Counted from the stretch's first letter, positions 40,867-52,383 are shown. The stretch: 64,000 nt of DNA from Leptospiraceae bacterium (GCA_040217195.1 JAVJNR010000003.1:256001-320000), one strand, 5' to 3'. Translations and numbers: made by a program. Notes: a model not told the origin generated them from the sequence alone.

Positions 40867-41023
40867 TTTCCTGTACGGAAACTTTCGCAATAGAACTCGC
40901 GCAAGACTGCTAGATCTATCTAGATTCAGGCCAGGCACCGGCTCGACTGAATGCGCCAATTGCCTGAAAATAAAGCGGGGTGAGCTTTCGCCCACCCCTG
41001 CTCTCTTACCGAAGATCTTGCCC

Positions 41024-42037
41024 TTATGCCAGTGCTTCTTTTGTAGTCTGGATAATGGCCGCGGCAACCTTGTAAGGATCTGCATTGGATGAGGTACGTC
41101 TGTCTTCCAGTCGTCCTTTCCAGCCATCGGCTTTAGTGCTCACCGGAATTCGGATAGAAGCGCCTCGGTCAGAAACACCATAGCTGAACTTATCGATAGC
41201 CTGGGTCTCATGCAGACCGGTCAGTCGTTGCTCATTATGAGCGCCATAAACACTAATGTGTCGCTCAATGTTTTTTCCAAAGTTTTCGCAAATTTTGATA
41301 AATATAGACTCATCGCCTACTTCGCGCATCGCTTTGTTGGAGAAGTTTGCATGCATACCGGAACCGTTCCAGTCCAGCTCTTTGCCCATTGGTTTTGGAT
41401 GCCAGTTAATCGCCATACCGTACTTCTCGCCTGTTCTTTCCAGTAGATAACGAGCCATCCAGATTTCATCTCCAGCTCGTTTGGCCCCTTTGGCAAATAT
41501 CTGGAACTCCCATTGACCGGCCGCAACCTCGGCGTTAATCCCTTCAATGTTCAATCCGGATTCGATGCAAAGGTCCAGGTGCTCTTCTACCAATGGACGA
41601 CCATAGGCTCGGTCAGCACCCACACTACAGTAATACGGCCCTTGAGGACCCGGATATCCGCCAGGAGGGAAGCCAGGAGGCCTGTTGTGGTCTGTGTCCC
41701 AGAGGAAGTATTCCTGCTCAAAGCCGAACCAGAATTCATCGTCGTCTTCAGCAATTGTTGCACGCCCATTGGACTCATGTGGCGTACCATCCGCGTTCAT
41801 TACCTCGGTCATTACCAGGAATGCATTCTTTCGCTCAGGATCGGGTACCATAAATACGGGCTTCAAAAGACAGTCTGAACTACCGCCTTCTGCTTGCTCG
41901 GTAGAACTGCCGTCAAACACCCACATTGGACAATCTTCTAGCTTTCCGCCGAAGCTGTCTCTGACCATGGTTTTACTTCTCAATAACTGAGTTGGCTTGT
42001 AACCATCCAGCCAAATGTATTCCAACTTTGTTTTCAT
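41024..42037 (-). CDS. glnII: Glutamine synthetase type II
   Basis: 337 aa; EYIWLDG, FDGSST, WFGFEQEY, INAEVAAGQWEFQ, WNGSGMHANFS, RLTGLHET and DRGASIRIP. Confidence 0.93.
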   Translation of the reverse strand: MKTKLEYIWLDGYKPTQLLRSKTMVRDSFGGKLEDCPMWVFDGSSTEQAEGGSSDCLLKPVFMVPDPERKNAFLVMTEVMNADGTPHESNGRATIAEDDDEFWFGFEQEYFLWDTDHNRPPGFPPGGYPGPQGPYYCSVGADRAYGRPLVEEHLDLCIESGLNIEGINAEVAAGQWEFQIFAKGAKRAGDEIWMARYLLERTGEKYGMAINWHPKPMGKELDWNGSGMHANFSNKAMREVGDESIFIKICENFGKNIERHISVYGAHNEQRLTGLHETQAIDKFSYGVSDRGASIRIPVSTKADGWKGRLEDRRTSSNADPYKVAAAIIQTTKEALA

Positions 42038-42931
42038 CTTTCTTTAACTCCAGGTAGATTATTCTTGATGCTCGGGCTGCTTGTGCACCTTCCTCGGAAA
42101 GCAACTATGTCGGCTCTTTCTATGAGCCTGACGTTTTGAAGATTTTCAGGAAACGACTCCACTTCAAACGAACCCGGTAAGATGTAATATGCAAATTCCA
42201 GACCAGCAATAATCGATAAAATAACTGCCTTTCCAGGCAGAATACAGCAGAAGAGTGCTTACCGTTCAAACACTCTGCCCTATTATTATGCATTCTGACC
42301 ATTTTAAAAACAGATCGCCGATTAAAGACTCTAGTTGGCCTCCTGGCTGGAACTCCGGCCATATTGGGCCAGGGAAGGATTTCACGAATAGGCTTCTTAG
42401 GTTCCCGATCAGCCCTGGGGCTAAAGGGATTCTGGATGAAGTCCGCTGGCCCGGGAAGCTGTGCCGGCCATTACCTTAATTGGGACCCATCCCAGAATAC
42501 AAAGCTACGGCATGCCAGTGGAGCCTCCGCGAACGGTATTATGATTATCTCGGATTATGAAACAGGCATTCTCTTCAGGATGCGCCCCGCGATTACCGAA
42601 CTGACCATCATTCCGGTATGCATTACTTTGCGAATTCCATCTGCTTTCTACTATATAAGCTGGTAATTCAAAGAAAGGCCCCCCGGGCAGAAAACCAGTG
42701 AAACGTTCCTGTTTCGAATTACCCTCCACATTCTCACATTAAATGTTTACAGCCTCTGGCACCTCTAAAATCCTGACGGTAACGCTTTTCTTTCACTCGA
42801 TTGACCCACGACTCGGCGCAAGAACCCGAGCAGCATGACGGGCATTGCCTTTCCTCCTTCTTTGTTCTTCCCTTTTCCAAATTAGATCGCTAACTGATCG
42901 CAAAGCGATTTACTTTTCAAGGAAATTAGAA

Positions 42932-43186
42932 ATGAAACTTTATGTAGGAAACATTAGCTTCGAAACAACTCAGGAATCTCTGGCAGACCTATTCGCCGCT
43001 CACGGTGAAGTAGCATCAGCTAACATTGTTATGGACCGAGAAACCGGCCGTTCACGCGGATTCGGATTCGTTGAAATGCCAAACAAGAAAGAAGCCATTG
43101 CAGCAATGAGTGCTCTGAGCGATACAGAAATGAACGGACGACCGCTCGTAGTTAACGAAGCGCGACCAAAGAACGACCGTTTCTAA
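42932..43186 (+). CDS. RRM RNA-binding protein
   Basis: KLYVGNI (RNP2) and [10 protein letters not shown] (RNP1). Confidence 0.96.
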   Translation: MKLYVGNISFETTQESLADLFAAHGEVASANIVMDRETGRSRGFGFVEMPNKKEAIAAMSALSDTEMNGRPLVVNEARPKNDRF

Positions 43187-43295
43187 GTCGAATGATGTCG
43201 GGGCTTTCGGGCCCCGATATACTTTATTACCCCCCAGTAGCACCGACCTCGCAAGAAGGCTGCTACACACAGCTATCTTACACCGAGGAAACAAA

Positions 43296-44420
43296 ATGAA
43301 ATTCGATTCATTCGGCCTTGCCGAACCCCTATGCAGAGCCGTGGCCGCTGAAGGCTATACGGACCCAACAGAAATCCAGGTAACATCCATTCCAGCCATA
43401 CTTTCGGGACGCGACGTTCTAGCGGCCGCCCAGACTGGTACGGGAAAAACAGCCGGCTTTACATTACCTATATTACAGCGTCTCTATGAACAGCCTCGCA
43501 CGAAGCGACCTGTCTTAAAAGCACTGATCCTTACTCCGACTAGAGAACTGGCCGCCCAGGTGAATGAAAGTGTTCGGGCCTATGGACAATTCATGAAAGT
43601 TAAATCCACTGTGGTATTCGGAGGAGTGAACATCCGCCCACAGATCAAGAGCCTCAACCAGGGAACAGACATCCTGGTGGCAACTCCAGGACGACTGCTT
43701 GACCTTGCATCCCAGGGAGAAGTTGATTTTTCTCAAATAGATACACTGGTGCTGGATGAAGCGGATCGAATGCTGGACATGGGTTTTATCCATGACATCA
43801 AACGAATCCTGGCATTGCTACCCGAACGCAGACAGAATCTGTTATTCTCTGCTACATTTTCCAAAGACATCCTTAGACTGACCAATGGCTTGCTCAAGAA
43901 TCCGATCAGGATTGAAGCCACACCAAATAGCTCTGCTGCTCAAACCGTGCATCAGCAAGTGTATTCCGTGGATCAAAAAGGTAAAGTCGAGCTATTGCAG
44001 CATTTAATCAACGACGGAGACTGGCAACAGGTGCTTGTGTTTACTCGCACTAAGCATGGAGCCAATCGGCTGACTCAAAAGCTGGAGCAAAGCGGTATAT
44101 CTTCTGCAGCCATTCATGGAAATAAGAGTCAGGGAGCTCGAACAAAAGCTCTGGCCGGTTTCAAAGCTGGAAACGTACGAGTTCTGGTAGCAACTGATAT
44201 TGCAGCCAGAGGCCTGGATATTGAACAATTACCCAACGTAGTAAACTTTGATCTTCCCAACGTTCCTGAAGATTATGTTCATCGCATTGGTCGCACCGGC
44301 CGGGCCGGAATGTCCGGTCATGCAACTTCCCTTGTATCCAGAGAAGAGCTTCCTCTTTTGAAAAACATTGAGCGAGTCATCAAGAAACGACTGCAAATCA
44401 ATAAGTTCGCATTAAACTAG
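43296..44420 (+). CDS. rhlE: DEAD-box RNA helicase, RhlE-like core without a C-terminal tail
   Basis: [32 protein letters not shown] and HRIGRTGR. Confidence 0.92.
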   Translation: MKFDSFGLAEPLCRAVAAEGYTDPTEIQVTSIPAILSGRDVLAAAQTGTGKTAGFTLPILQRLYEQPRTKRPVLKALILTPTRELAAQVNESVRAYGQFMKVKSTVVFGGVNIRPQIKSLNQGTDILVATPGRLLDLASQGEVDFSQIDTLVLDEADRMLDMGFIHDIKRILALLPERRQNLLFSATFSKDILRLTNGLLKNPIRIEATPNSSAAQTVHQQVYSVDQKGKVELLQHLINDGDWQQVLVFTRTKHGANRLTQKLEQSGISSAAIHGNKSQGARTKALAGFKAGNVRVLVATDIAARGLDIEQLPNVVNFDLPNVPEDYVHRIGRTGRAGMSGHATSLVSREELPLLKNIERVIKKRLQINKFALN

Positions 44421-44941
44421 TCCACTCGGCGAGACGGAGTCCATATTCCACTCCGTCTCCAGCCCTGGCTTTTAGCCAATCGGGTTCATACGCAATTCCT
44501 GAATTTTCCCACTTTCCGTTTTTTGTCCTGAGCGATTCTAAACGTGGCCCGTTAAAGACTCACAGCAGTCCTACCCCCTGGGATATGCAAATCGTCCTTT
44601 TCGGCGCTTCTGTTCAAAGGCCAGAAGGCAAATATAGTCGATGCATTGAGTACGTCAGGAATTCCTATAATTCTGGTTTCCATCAAATACTGGGAGGCAG
44701 CTCAATCAGCCAATCCTCCGCTTACCGAAAACCCGGATCCAGGGGTCCATAAAAAAGAAACAGCCCCTTGCCTTGTTCCCGATTGGTTAATGATTTATGC
44801 TGACACAAATGAATCCACTTCCTCTCTTCTTCTCTCCGAGCGCTTCCATGTGATTACAGATATTTGACTGTCCTGCTTATGATCTTTTACCTGGCAACTG
44901 TGCCTCTAGCCGGGGCAGAAAAAACTAGAAAGGAAACAATA

Positions 44942-45280
44942 ATGAAGCTACAGAAAACTATAAAGATTCTTTTTATACTGATTGCAACTTCCCTGATGAT
45001 CGTAGCAGGAAACTGCATGTTGCCTCTGGCAAATAAGACCTATCTGGAGCACGATCCAGATGTAAATGCACCTCGTGTAACCTATGAAAAGCAGGGTGCG
45101 GCCTTGATTTTCAGTGTCATTCCTACTGGCGAGCCCCTGGATCTAAAAAGGGAACTACAATTGATGCGAAACCGACACTCCTGTCGCACTCTCAAAAACA
45201 TCGATGCACAGTATTTCAACCAGAGCTACTATATTGTGGGCTTTGGAAAACTTTTCATTCGCGCGGATTGCGTTAAATAG
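44942..45280 (+). CDS. Small spirochaete-type lipoprotein
   Basis: AAGGAA RBS; lipobox-like AGNC. Confidence 0.7.
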   Translation: MKLQKTIKILFILIATSLMIVAGNCMLPLANKTYLEHDPDVNAPRVTYEKQGAALIFSVIPTGEPLDLKRELQLMRNRHSCRTLKNIDAQYFNQSYYIVGFGKLFIRADCVK

Positions 45281-45532
45281 CTGGATGCAAGCCTGCCCCG
45301 CGATGGGGGCAGGCCTGCTCCACGAATTCTACCCTACTTGAACATTCGATTCCTTTAGCTCAATAGAACGCCTCCGCACGGATCTATTGCCTCACCTGCG
45401 CGTAAATGCAGTGGATGCATTGAGTTCGAACCCAGTCGGAGCAATAAGCATTCCTAATGCCTGCAGTCTCATTCGAATTAAGCTGGTCAGAAAGCCGGTA
45501 TCCGGGACACTGATCCCGAGCAGTACCTTCGA

Positions 45533-46729
45533 ATGGAAAGTAAAAAGAAGATAATCATAGTCGGCGCCGGGCCGGCTGGATCCTCCACAGCCCTCCATCT
45601 TTGCCAGCTCAATCCAGCTCTGGCGAAAGACATATTGATTCTGGAAAAAGCAACAAATCCCCGGACTAAAGTTTGCTCCGGAGCGCTGAGCCACCACGGA
45701 TCTCTAGTTCTAAAAGGACTGGGTCTGGAACCTGAGGTGGAACATGTTCCGCTTCGAAGTATTCGGATGGCCTATGGTAAACATCATTACTCCTTTAAGG
45801 GCAATCCGGTGGCCCGGGTATTTCAGCGTTCGGAACTGGACCACTGGCTATTGATGCAGGTGCGCGCAAAAGGCGTTGAAGTAAAAGAGAATGAACCTCT
45901 TCGTAGTGCGAAAGTGGAAAATGATGGAGTGACCATTGCAACCGATAAAAGAGAGTATCGGGCCAGAATGGTTGTGGCAGCGGATGGCGCCAGCAGCCCA
46001 TTTAGACATTCTATTGACTGGCCCATCCAGGCGAAGAATAAATCTCGCCTTCTGGACTTTCCCTCGCCGCCAGAAGTTACAACGAACCAGGATAATCCAG
46101 GGCTAAGTGGAAATCACCAGCCCGAACTACACAAGCAGGGCCTGGCAATTCTATACTTCTCGAGAATTGCGCAGGGGCTACAGGGATATCTCTGGGATAT
46201 TCCCACTCAACACCATGGAACTGAATATGTGGACCGCGGATTGTTTGATAGCAGAACCTATTCGAATCGACCGGCCGTATCATTAAAAGAGGAACTCAGA
46301 CCGTTTCTGGCCAACCGCTCAATCGAGATGGACAATCATGCGGAAAAGCTGCGAAGCCATCCCTATCATTTCTTCGACCCATCCAATGAATTCTCCCGCC
46401 CCCATGTTCTACTTGCAGGAGATGCGGCCGGTGTAGATCCGCTTTGCGGCGAAGGGATTGCTTTTGCCCTGGGTTATGGCCGAGTGGCAGCCAGGCATTT
46501 GTTCAGAGCCTTTCAGGCAAATGACTTCAGCGCCAGAGGTTATAAAAGGGAAATCCTGGAGGATCCAGTAACCAGACAATTGCTCCTGCGCTACCGATTG
46601 GCCAGGATAGCCTACTCCATTCGTTCGGAAACCATTCTTTCCATTGGCTGGAGCATCGCTTCCTTCTTCGCACGATTCACGAAGTGGAACAATCCGGACT
46701 ATGTGCCGGACTACAAAAAGAGCAAATAG
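45533..46729 (+). CDS. Geranylgeranyl reductase-family FAD-dependent oxidoreductase
   Basis: IVGAGPAGS, PRTKVCSGAL, AADGASS and AGDAAGVDPLCGEGI. Confidence 0.88.
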   Translation: MESKKKIIIVGAGPAGSSTALHLCQLNPALAKDILILEKATNPRTKVCSGALSHHGSLVLKGLGLEPEVEHVPLRSIRMAYGKHHYSFKGNPVARVFQRSELDHWLLMQVRAKGVEVKENEPLRSAKVENDGVTIATDKREYRARMVVAADGASSPFRHSIDWPIQAKNKSRLLDFPSPPEVTTNQDNPGLSGNHQPELHKQGLAILYFSRIAQGLQGYLWDIPTQHHGTEYVDRGLFDSRTYSNRPAVSLKEELRPFLANRSIEMDNHAEKLRSHPYHFFDPSNEFSRPHVLLAGDAAGVDPLCGEGIAFALGYGRVAARHLFRAFQANDFSARGYKREILEDPVTRQLLLRYRLARIAYSIRSETILSIGWSIASFFARFTKWNNPDYVPDYKKSK

Positions 46730-46773
46730 AGGGACCAGGGACAAGGTCAGATTCACCGTGAATCTACTTCGAA

Positions 46774-48138
46774 TCAGCGAACCGTCAGGATCATCGGCAT
46801 TCCATTCGCCAGACTGAGTGTGGCCCCGGTTTCGATTTTTGGAGTATAGTTTTTCAGTGCATCCAGGCGAAAATGCTTCAGAATAGTTCCCAGAATCATG
46901 GGCCCTTCCATTAGAGCCAGATTCTTTCCTATGCATGCTCTGGAACCGCCACCAAACGGAAGGAAGGTTCGCCGCATTGCGCTCAGGTTTTCATCGGAAA
47001 ATCTACCCGGGTCAAATACCAACGGATCTTTCCAGTATTTCTCCGAGCGATGGATATCCCAGATGGATAACAAAACCAGGGAGCTCCGGGCAAGGACATA
47101 GCCACCAATATTTACATCTTCAATAGGAGTTCTGTTTACCATATATACTGGCGGATAAAGTCGCATGGCCTCCTGGAAGGCTTGTGCGATACCAGTCAAT
47201 CCTCGGGTTTCTTCTTCCGTGGTCATCGCGCCGCTAATTTTTTCATCCGCCTGGCTTTCCAGGGATTTACGAATTTCAGTGTTCTGGGAGAGTAACCAGA
47301 GAGTCATAGTCAATGCAAAGGATGTTGTATCGTATCCAGCAAAAAAGATAGTCATCAACTCATCTCGGACTTCAGCATCGGTCATTTGCTCCCCGGTGTC
47401 CTCATCTCGGGCTTCAATAAGCATGGTCAGCAGATCCGGCGGCCTTTCAGTGGACTTCCTGCGATTCCGGATGAGCTCCCGAATAACAGTTTCCAGTTTC
47501 TCATGGGCCCTTCTTACACCTGGCTTAAATAAATAGGCCAGAGAAAGAGGGAGTGGAAAAGGAGAAAAGAATCGTTGGATACAAAAGTTGGAAAGAGTAT
47601 GAAAGGATTCTACCAGTGTTTCCGAGTCCTTCTTTGCCTCTCCTGAAAAAAGGCTGCTCAGAATGATATGAATGGTCACTCTTTGCATCTCAGAGTGAAC
47701 ATCAATCTGCCCGGCCAGGTCTTTCCAGGGCAAAATGATTTCTTCTATGGCACTCTGAATGTGCGATTCAAAGCTTCGAATGGCAGCCGGGGAAAAGAAA
47801 GGGTTCATTAGTCGGCGCTGTCGCTTCCAATGTGTTCCATTACTAAGAACCAATCCCCTGCCCAGTAGAGGTTCAAAGCGCGCATTCTGAGAGCCTTTCA
47901 AAAAAGTCTGTTCCGTTTGCACCAGAATATCATGCACCAGGTCTGCATCGGAAACTATGTAGAGCCTTTTTGCTGGAATTGGCACCCGGACAATACCTCC
48001 GTATTCGCGGCCCAATCTGGACGATAGCCCCAGAACATCGGACTGCAATTCATTTGCATATCCCAGAGGAAGCCTGCCAGGAGGGGCAGGAATACTCTTT
48101 TGAGAATCCTGTTTTTGGTTCGCTTCGCTATGTTTCAT
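46774..48138 (-). CDS. Cytochrome P450
   Basis: AGYDTT I-helix, EAMRLYPP (ExxR), FDPGRF and FLPFGGGSRACIG heme motif. Confidence 0.96.
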   Translation of the reverse strand: MKHSEANQKQDSQKSIPAPPGRLPLGYANELQSDVLGLSSRLGREYGGIVRVPIPAKRLYIVSDADLVHDILVQTEQTFLKGSQNARFEPLLGRGLVLSNGTHWKRQRRLMNPFFSPAAIRSFESHIQSAIEEIILPWKDLAGQIDVHSEMQRVTIHIILSSLFSGEAKKDSETLVESFHTLSNFCIQRFFSPFPLPLSLAYLFKPGVRRAHEKLETVIRELIRNRRKSTERPPDLLTMLIEARDEDTGEQMTDAEVRDELMTIFFAGYDTTSFALTMTLWLLSQNTEIRKSLESQADEKISGAMTTEEETRGLTGIAQAFQEAMRLYPPVYMVNRTPIEDVNIGGYVLARSSLVLLSIWDIHRSEKYWKDPLVFDPGRFSDENLSAMRRTFLPFGGGSRACIGKNLALMEGPMILGTILKHFRLDALKNYTPKIETGATLSLANGMPMILTVR

Positions 48139-48237
48139 GGACTGCACCCTGGGATCCAAACTACCGATTTTGCGTAGACAACTCTCAAGAAATCGCCACT
48201 GCAGGCACATGGATTTTGCTCGAAAGGAAATCCGGGT

Positions 48238-49725
48238 TCATCCGTCTTTCTTCAATACCAGATAATTGACAACTCCGGATCCGTCCTCAATCCATTCCTG
48301 ACTGGACGATGCGAATTTGGATCGGGACACTATATCCTTGAATTCCTCGGGTGTACGCTCGTGCATAAGCCATTCCAGAAGATGCACAAGAAGAGGTGTG
48401 TCCACATTGGGTTGAGTAATACTGATAATTGCATACCCGCCCACCTTCAGGTTATCATAGATCCAGTCCATGAGCGCCAGGCATTCGCTTTCCACCATGT
48501 AGTCTATAAGACCAAACACAGTGATCAGGTTCTGTGACTCCAGAGTCATACGACCTCGACCGGCGACCAGAGCCATGACATTCTGTTCCACCAGATCAAT
48601 AGTATGCGAAATACCCGTGGCCACTTCTTCTGCCACGCTGGCAAGTGCATCCTGATCCACATCCACCAGGGTAGTAATGGGCCTGGCCGCCGTTGCTTTT
48701 AAGAACTCCAGTGTTTCTCTTGCAGATCCAGAAGCAAGGCCCAGAATTGCTGGTCGCGCCTCTCCCTGAAGCAATCGTTCCATGGTCTTAGACATGAGAG
48801 AGATCGAGTCTCGTCGCACCCGGCAGAAGGTCCTGTTTAGAAACCAGCGGTCTATGGATTCACCCAGAATAGTGTCCCCTCTTGCTTGATTTCCATAGAT
48901 AAGTCGATTTGTTACAATGTCGTCCGAGAATCCCCTGGGTTTCATATAGCAATGGGCCATGGTTTCGCTGAGCATAAACCAGCGAAATGTCTCCCGGAAA
49001 ACGTAGGCCCCGATTCCTATCAGAAGCTGATCCGTGTCCCGATACCCCATTAAATCGTCGTAGCCAATCTCGATCAATACCTCCGGACCAGTAAATCTCT
49101 TCAGATCCTGTATTACAGAATCACACAACGAACCAACCTGTTCATCCAGATCCGGGATGGCTTCGCCGGCCCTTAGTCTTCCCTGGAGGCCACGGAGGGT
49201 GGAATCAAATCCTGCCATGGATTGCATCAATTCATCCGGCAATTGCCGCTGGGTAATGAATCCAAGTCGGGTAGAATGAAACCGATTTACCTGAGCCACT
49301 TCATTCACATTTAATTCTTGAACGAAGGCAGTAGCATCTCGAAGTCTTTGCGACAAAGTCACAGCCAGGGAGTGGAAAACCCGGGCGGAAAAACCGGGAT
49401 CCGAAGAAAGAAGGGACTCCAGTCTGTGCGAATCAATTGCTTCTACCCGAACATCACCTTCAGCAACTACAGAAGCGCTGGCTCCCTGTTGCTCAAGAAA
49501 GCTCATCTCACCAAAGGTCTCTTCTGGCCCCAGCCGATGTAATGTAATGGAATGACCATCCACCTGGGCTGCGATTCGAACATAGCCGCTGACGATTACA
49601 TATATGGTTCTCTGTTCACTTCCAGCAGTAATGATTACCTGATTATCTTGAAAGCGAAGCTCTTGCGCACTGGCACGGAGGGTTTGCCAGTCGGATTCTT
49701 TAAGCAGAGATAGGGATCGAGACAT
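48238..49725 (-). CDS. cNMP-binding domain fused to a PhcB-like class I SAM-methyltransferase domain
   Basis: N-terminal IYVIVSG...FGEMSFL...ASASVVA; C-terminal KPRGFSDD, LASGSARE, VDVD and GLIDY. Confidence 0.8.
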   Translation of the reverse strand: MSRSLSLLKESDWQTLRASAQELRFQDNQVIITAGSEQRTIYVIVSGYVRIAAQVDGHSITLHRLGPEETFGEMSFLEQQGASASVVAEGDVRVEAIDSHRLESLLSSDPGFSARVFHSLAVTLSQRLRDATAFVQELNVNEVAQVNRFHSTRLGFITQRQLPDELMQSMAGFDSTLRGLQGRLRAGEAIPDLDEQVGSLCDSVIQDLKRFTGPEVLIEIGYDDLMGYRDTDQLLIGIGAYVFRETFRWFMLSETMAHCYMKPRGFSDDIVTNRLIYGNQARGDTILGESIDRWFLNRTFCRVRRDSISLMSKTMERLLQGEARPAILGLASGSARETLEFLKATAARPITTLVDVDQDALASVAEEVATGISHTIDLVEQNVMALVAGRGRMTLESQNLITVFGLIDYMVESECLALMDWIYDNLKVGGYAIISITQPNVDTPLLVHLLEWLMHERTPEEFKDIVSRSKFASSSQEWIEDGSGVVNYLVLKKDG

Positions 49726-49726
49726 A

Positions 49727-50881
49727 TTAGTCTTCTCCTTTCCTATTAGAATTTAGCTTCGCAGGCATTTCGAATTTCGCATCCTTTCCCTTCAGGCCGG
49801 CATTCAGAGTCCTATGCCATACCAGCTGACCAACACGAATGGCCAGAAAACCAGCACCCGGGATCAATAGCCGAAGTACTTCTGCAAACCTGACCAAGGG
49901 CCAGATACAGTAAGGAAGGAATTGCCAGATATTGAACCTGAGTCCCAGCTCCCCTGCTCTTTTTGCACCCAGCAAATTCCGGGTAAGTCCAGAAAGCATG
50001 GAACGCACAATGGACCGCATGGGTAAAGCCACAACATCCACAGCCATGGAAGATCCCGCATCCAGCAGCGATGACATTAGCTGTATGGAAGGTTCATCTG
50101 CCGGTTGCCGGTTAAATTCAAGAACTTCCAGGATGCGACCACATTCATTGGAGGTGGCAGGAAGTATGTCCCGGTCAATGCCCAGAAGAAATCCATTATA
50201 GCGCCAGATGGAATACATGGCCTGCTCTTCTTTCGTGCTAATATAAAGCCCCCATCTTCGCAATGCCCGAATGACCGCCAGCGAGAAAAGAACGTTACTT
50301 CCCAGCATCTGCCACTGGTTAATGGGCATGCCCCAGTTTTCGGTATCCCAGGTGCCTGATTTAAGAAGTAGCCTGCGGACCTGTGCATGCATTAGTCGGA
50401 CTCGAATAGTTACCTGAAATCCTCGACTTCCTGGCCTCAAACCACCAGGGCTACAGCACTCGTATACAAACCCTGCGGTTTCATCCAATCGCCTTCTGGC
50501 CCTTTGAACCAGCCGACCGGAGAATACCAGGGGTTTGCTACTCAATGGATCCAGATAGCCAGTTGGTAAGGAATGACACATCAGAGCCGCAGGACCGAAT
50601 GGGCCGGTTCGCATGAATGCATTGGCTCCGAATTCGATTTCATCCCAGTCCACCCATAGAGGCGTTCTCTCAATGTCGGAAAACATATCTCTTACAGATC
50701 CTGGTGCCTGGGGCACCTGGTCGATACCTAACTTCAAAGCCAGGGCCAGGATTGCATTACCTTCCCCCGGTCGCAGCCTGGAGAAATCCTCAACTACTGC
50801 ATCGGCCAGTACATCGGTGGCGAAGAAATAGGGAGCCATCCTATTTTTCAGTTCTTCAATTTCGGGGGAAGCTTGCTTCAT
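49727..50881 (-). CDS. MpaB/Lcp-like heme oxygenase-family protein (DUF2236)
   Basis: RRLDET, RVRLMHAQVR, WGMPINQ and WRYNGFLLGI. Confidence 0.9.
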   Translation of the reverse strand: MKQASPEIEELKNRMAPYFFATDVLADAVVEDFSRLRPGEGNAILALALKLGIDQVPQAPGSVRDMFSDIERTPLWVDWDEIEFGANAFMRTGPFGPAALMCHSLPTGYLDPLSSKPLVFSGRLVQRARRRLDETAGFVYECCSPGGLRPGSRGFQVTIRVRLMHAQVRRLLLKSGTWDTENWGMPINQWQMLGSNVLFSLAVIRALRRWGLYISTKEEQAMYSIWRYNGFLLGIDRDILPATSNECGRILEVLEFNRQPADEPSIQLMSSLLDAGSSMAVDVVALPMRSIVRSMLSGLTRNLLGAKRAGELGLRFNIWQFLPYCIWPLVRFAEVLRLLIPGAGFLAIRVGQLVWHRTLNAGLKGKDAKFEMPAKLNSNRKGED

Positions 50882-50899
50882 GGAAGGTCAGGCATGCAC

Positions 50900-51757
50900 T
50901 TACTTTCTAGCAGTCACGACACTGTAGTGCCATAGATTCTGCTCCAGAGATCTCCATTGGAATTTTCCGGCCTTGAAATTCGCATGCTGAATCTTATTTC
51001 GAAGCCCAAGCCAGTACATCAAATGAGCCGGTACTGTAGCCATCCATGCGCGATTGTGCAGGATTCGCGCGGAAGGCAAAACCAGGTCTGTTACTTCCCG
51101 GCTATGAATATCTTTGAAACCAATCCCCTGCATCGCATGGCAGAACTCTTCAGTTGTGGACAGAGATTCCACTGCCCAGGGCTCCAGCCATCCCCGCATT
51201 AGCCGTTCTTGCTCATGATTCATGGCATGGACCGGCTGCTGACTGAATCCATCCGCAATGATGAGCCTACCACCGTCCTCCAGTAGCCTGTAAGCTTCTC
51301 GCAGGAAGGCCACTTTGTCTGCAGCATGGCAGACACTCTCAATGGCCCAGACCACGGAAAATGAACCTGAGGCAAAACCAGTATCACTAAAATCCCGAAC
51401 CTGAAAGTCCAGGAGATTCAGGTTCTGCGCTGCGGCCAATGCCTGCGCCTGCTCCACCTGTCTCCGGGAAAGCGAAATGCCAGTGCACTGACTGCCCCGA
51501 TGGGCTGCCAGATACATAGAGCTACCGCCAATTCCGCATCCAGCATCCAGCACTTTGTCCGATGAGCCAATACCAGCAAGTTCGGCCATCCATTCATTCT
51601 GATTTATTTGGGCCTGGGCCAGGGACCGGACACCAGGAGTCCAGAAGCCATAGTGTAATGCCAGGGTACGATGTGTATGCCAGATAATGCGATAATCCCA
51701 TTCGCATGTATCGTAGTAAGAAATAATGTCCCGGTGAGAATTGGAGGCTGTAGCCAC
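50900..51757 (-). CDS. SAM-dependent methyltransferase (tocopherol/sterol C-methyltransferase-like)
   Basis: LHYGFW, VLDAGCGIGG, GISLS and VWAIESVCH. Confidence 0.9.
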   Translation of the reverse strand: MATASNSHRDIISYYDTCEWDYRIIWHTHRTLALHYGFWTPGVRSLAQAQINQNEWMAELAGIGSSDKVLDAGCGIGGSSMYLAAHRGSQCTGISLSRRQVEQAQALAAAQNLNLLDFQVRDFSDTGFASGSFSVVWAIESVCHAADKVAFLREAYRLLEDGGRLIIADGFSQQPVHAMNHEQERLMRGWLEPWAVESLSTTEEFCHAMQGIGFKDIHSREVTDLVLPSARILHNRAWMATVPAHLMYWLGLRNKIQHANFKAGKFQWRSLEQNLWHYSVVTARK

Positions 51758-52383
51758 GGTAACCTCTAAAAAAGATTAGGTGGTCATCCCTCCGGGCATC
51801 CAGCTTTGCAAGGAGCTTTTTTCCAAAAGTCCCTGAAGTCTTCGTATACCCCCTGTTCAGGGGATACCGTGACCAGGCACCTCTTGCCCTGACATACATG
51901 ATCCAGGAGCCTCCCCAGAAGTGAATCCCGGCCAATTTCACATACTCGGATGCTTGACTTTGATGATAGTATTGTATCCGGCAGCGATTCCCACAAATCC
52001 CATATATCCGGTTTCCGATTTTCACATCGCAAATCTCTGGTCTCATTGCTAAACGCTATTTTTAGAACTAGAAAATGGAAAAAACAGGACAAACGATTAA
52101 TCAGGGTCTGTATCGCTTCAATAAATAGTGTTCCACATTCCGGATTTCATCCAGGGAAAGGGATCTATCATAGACCAGAATTTCGGATATCGCTATTTCC
52201 TATGTCTAAACCTTCGAGCTATTTTTTGCCCCCGGATATATTTTTTTTAACGCTTAAACTTCTTTGAACTCTAACTTTCAGCCGAGTTCTTAGAAGCGTT
52301 GGGACGATTGCCATCTGAATAGCGGCGGAAAAGGACTTTCCAGATACGCGTAAGAAACAGAGCCTCTTCAGGAGATCTGAGAG

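Noticed and set aside
42255..42729. Short ORFs between glnII and the RRM gene
   Set aside because: No clear RBS or recognisable domain; at best a degraded remnant.
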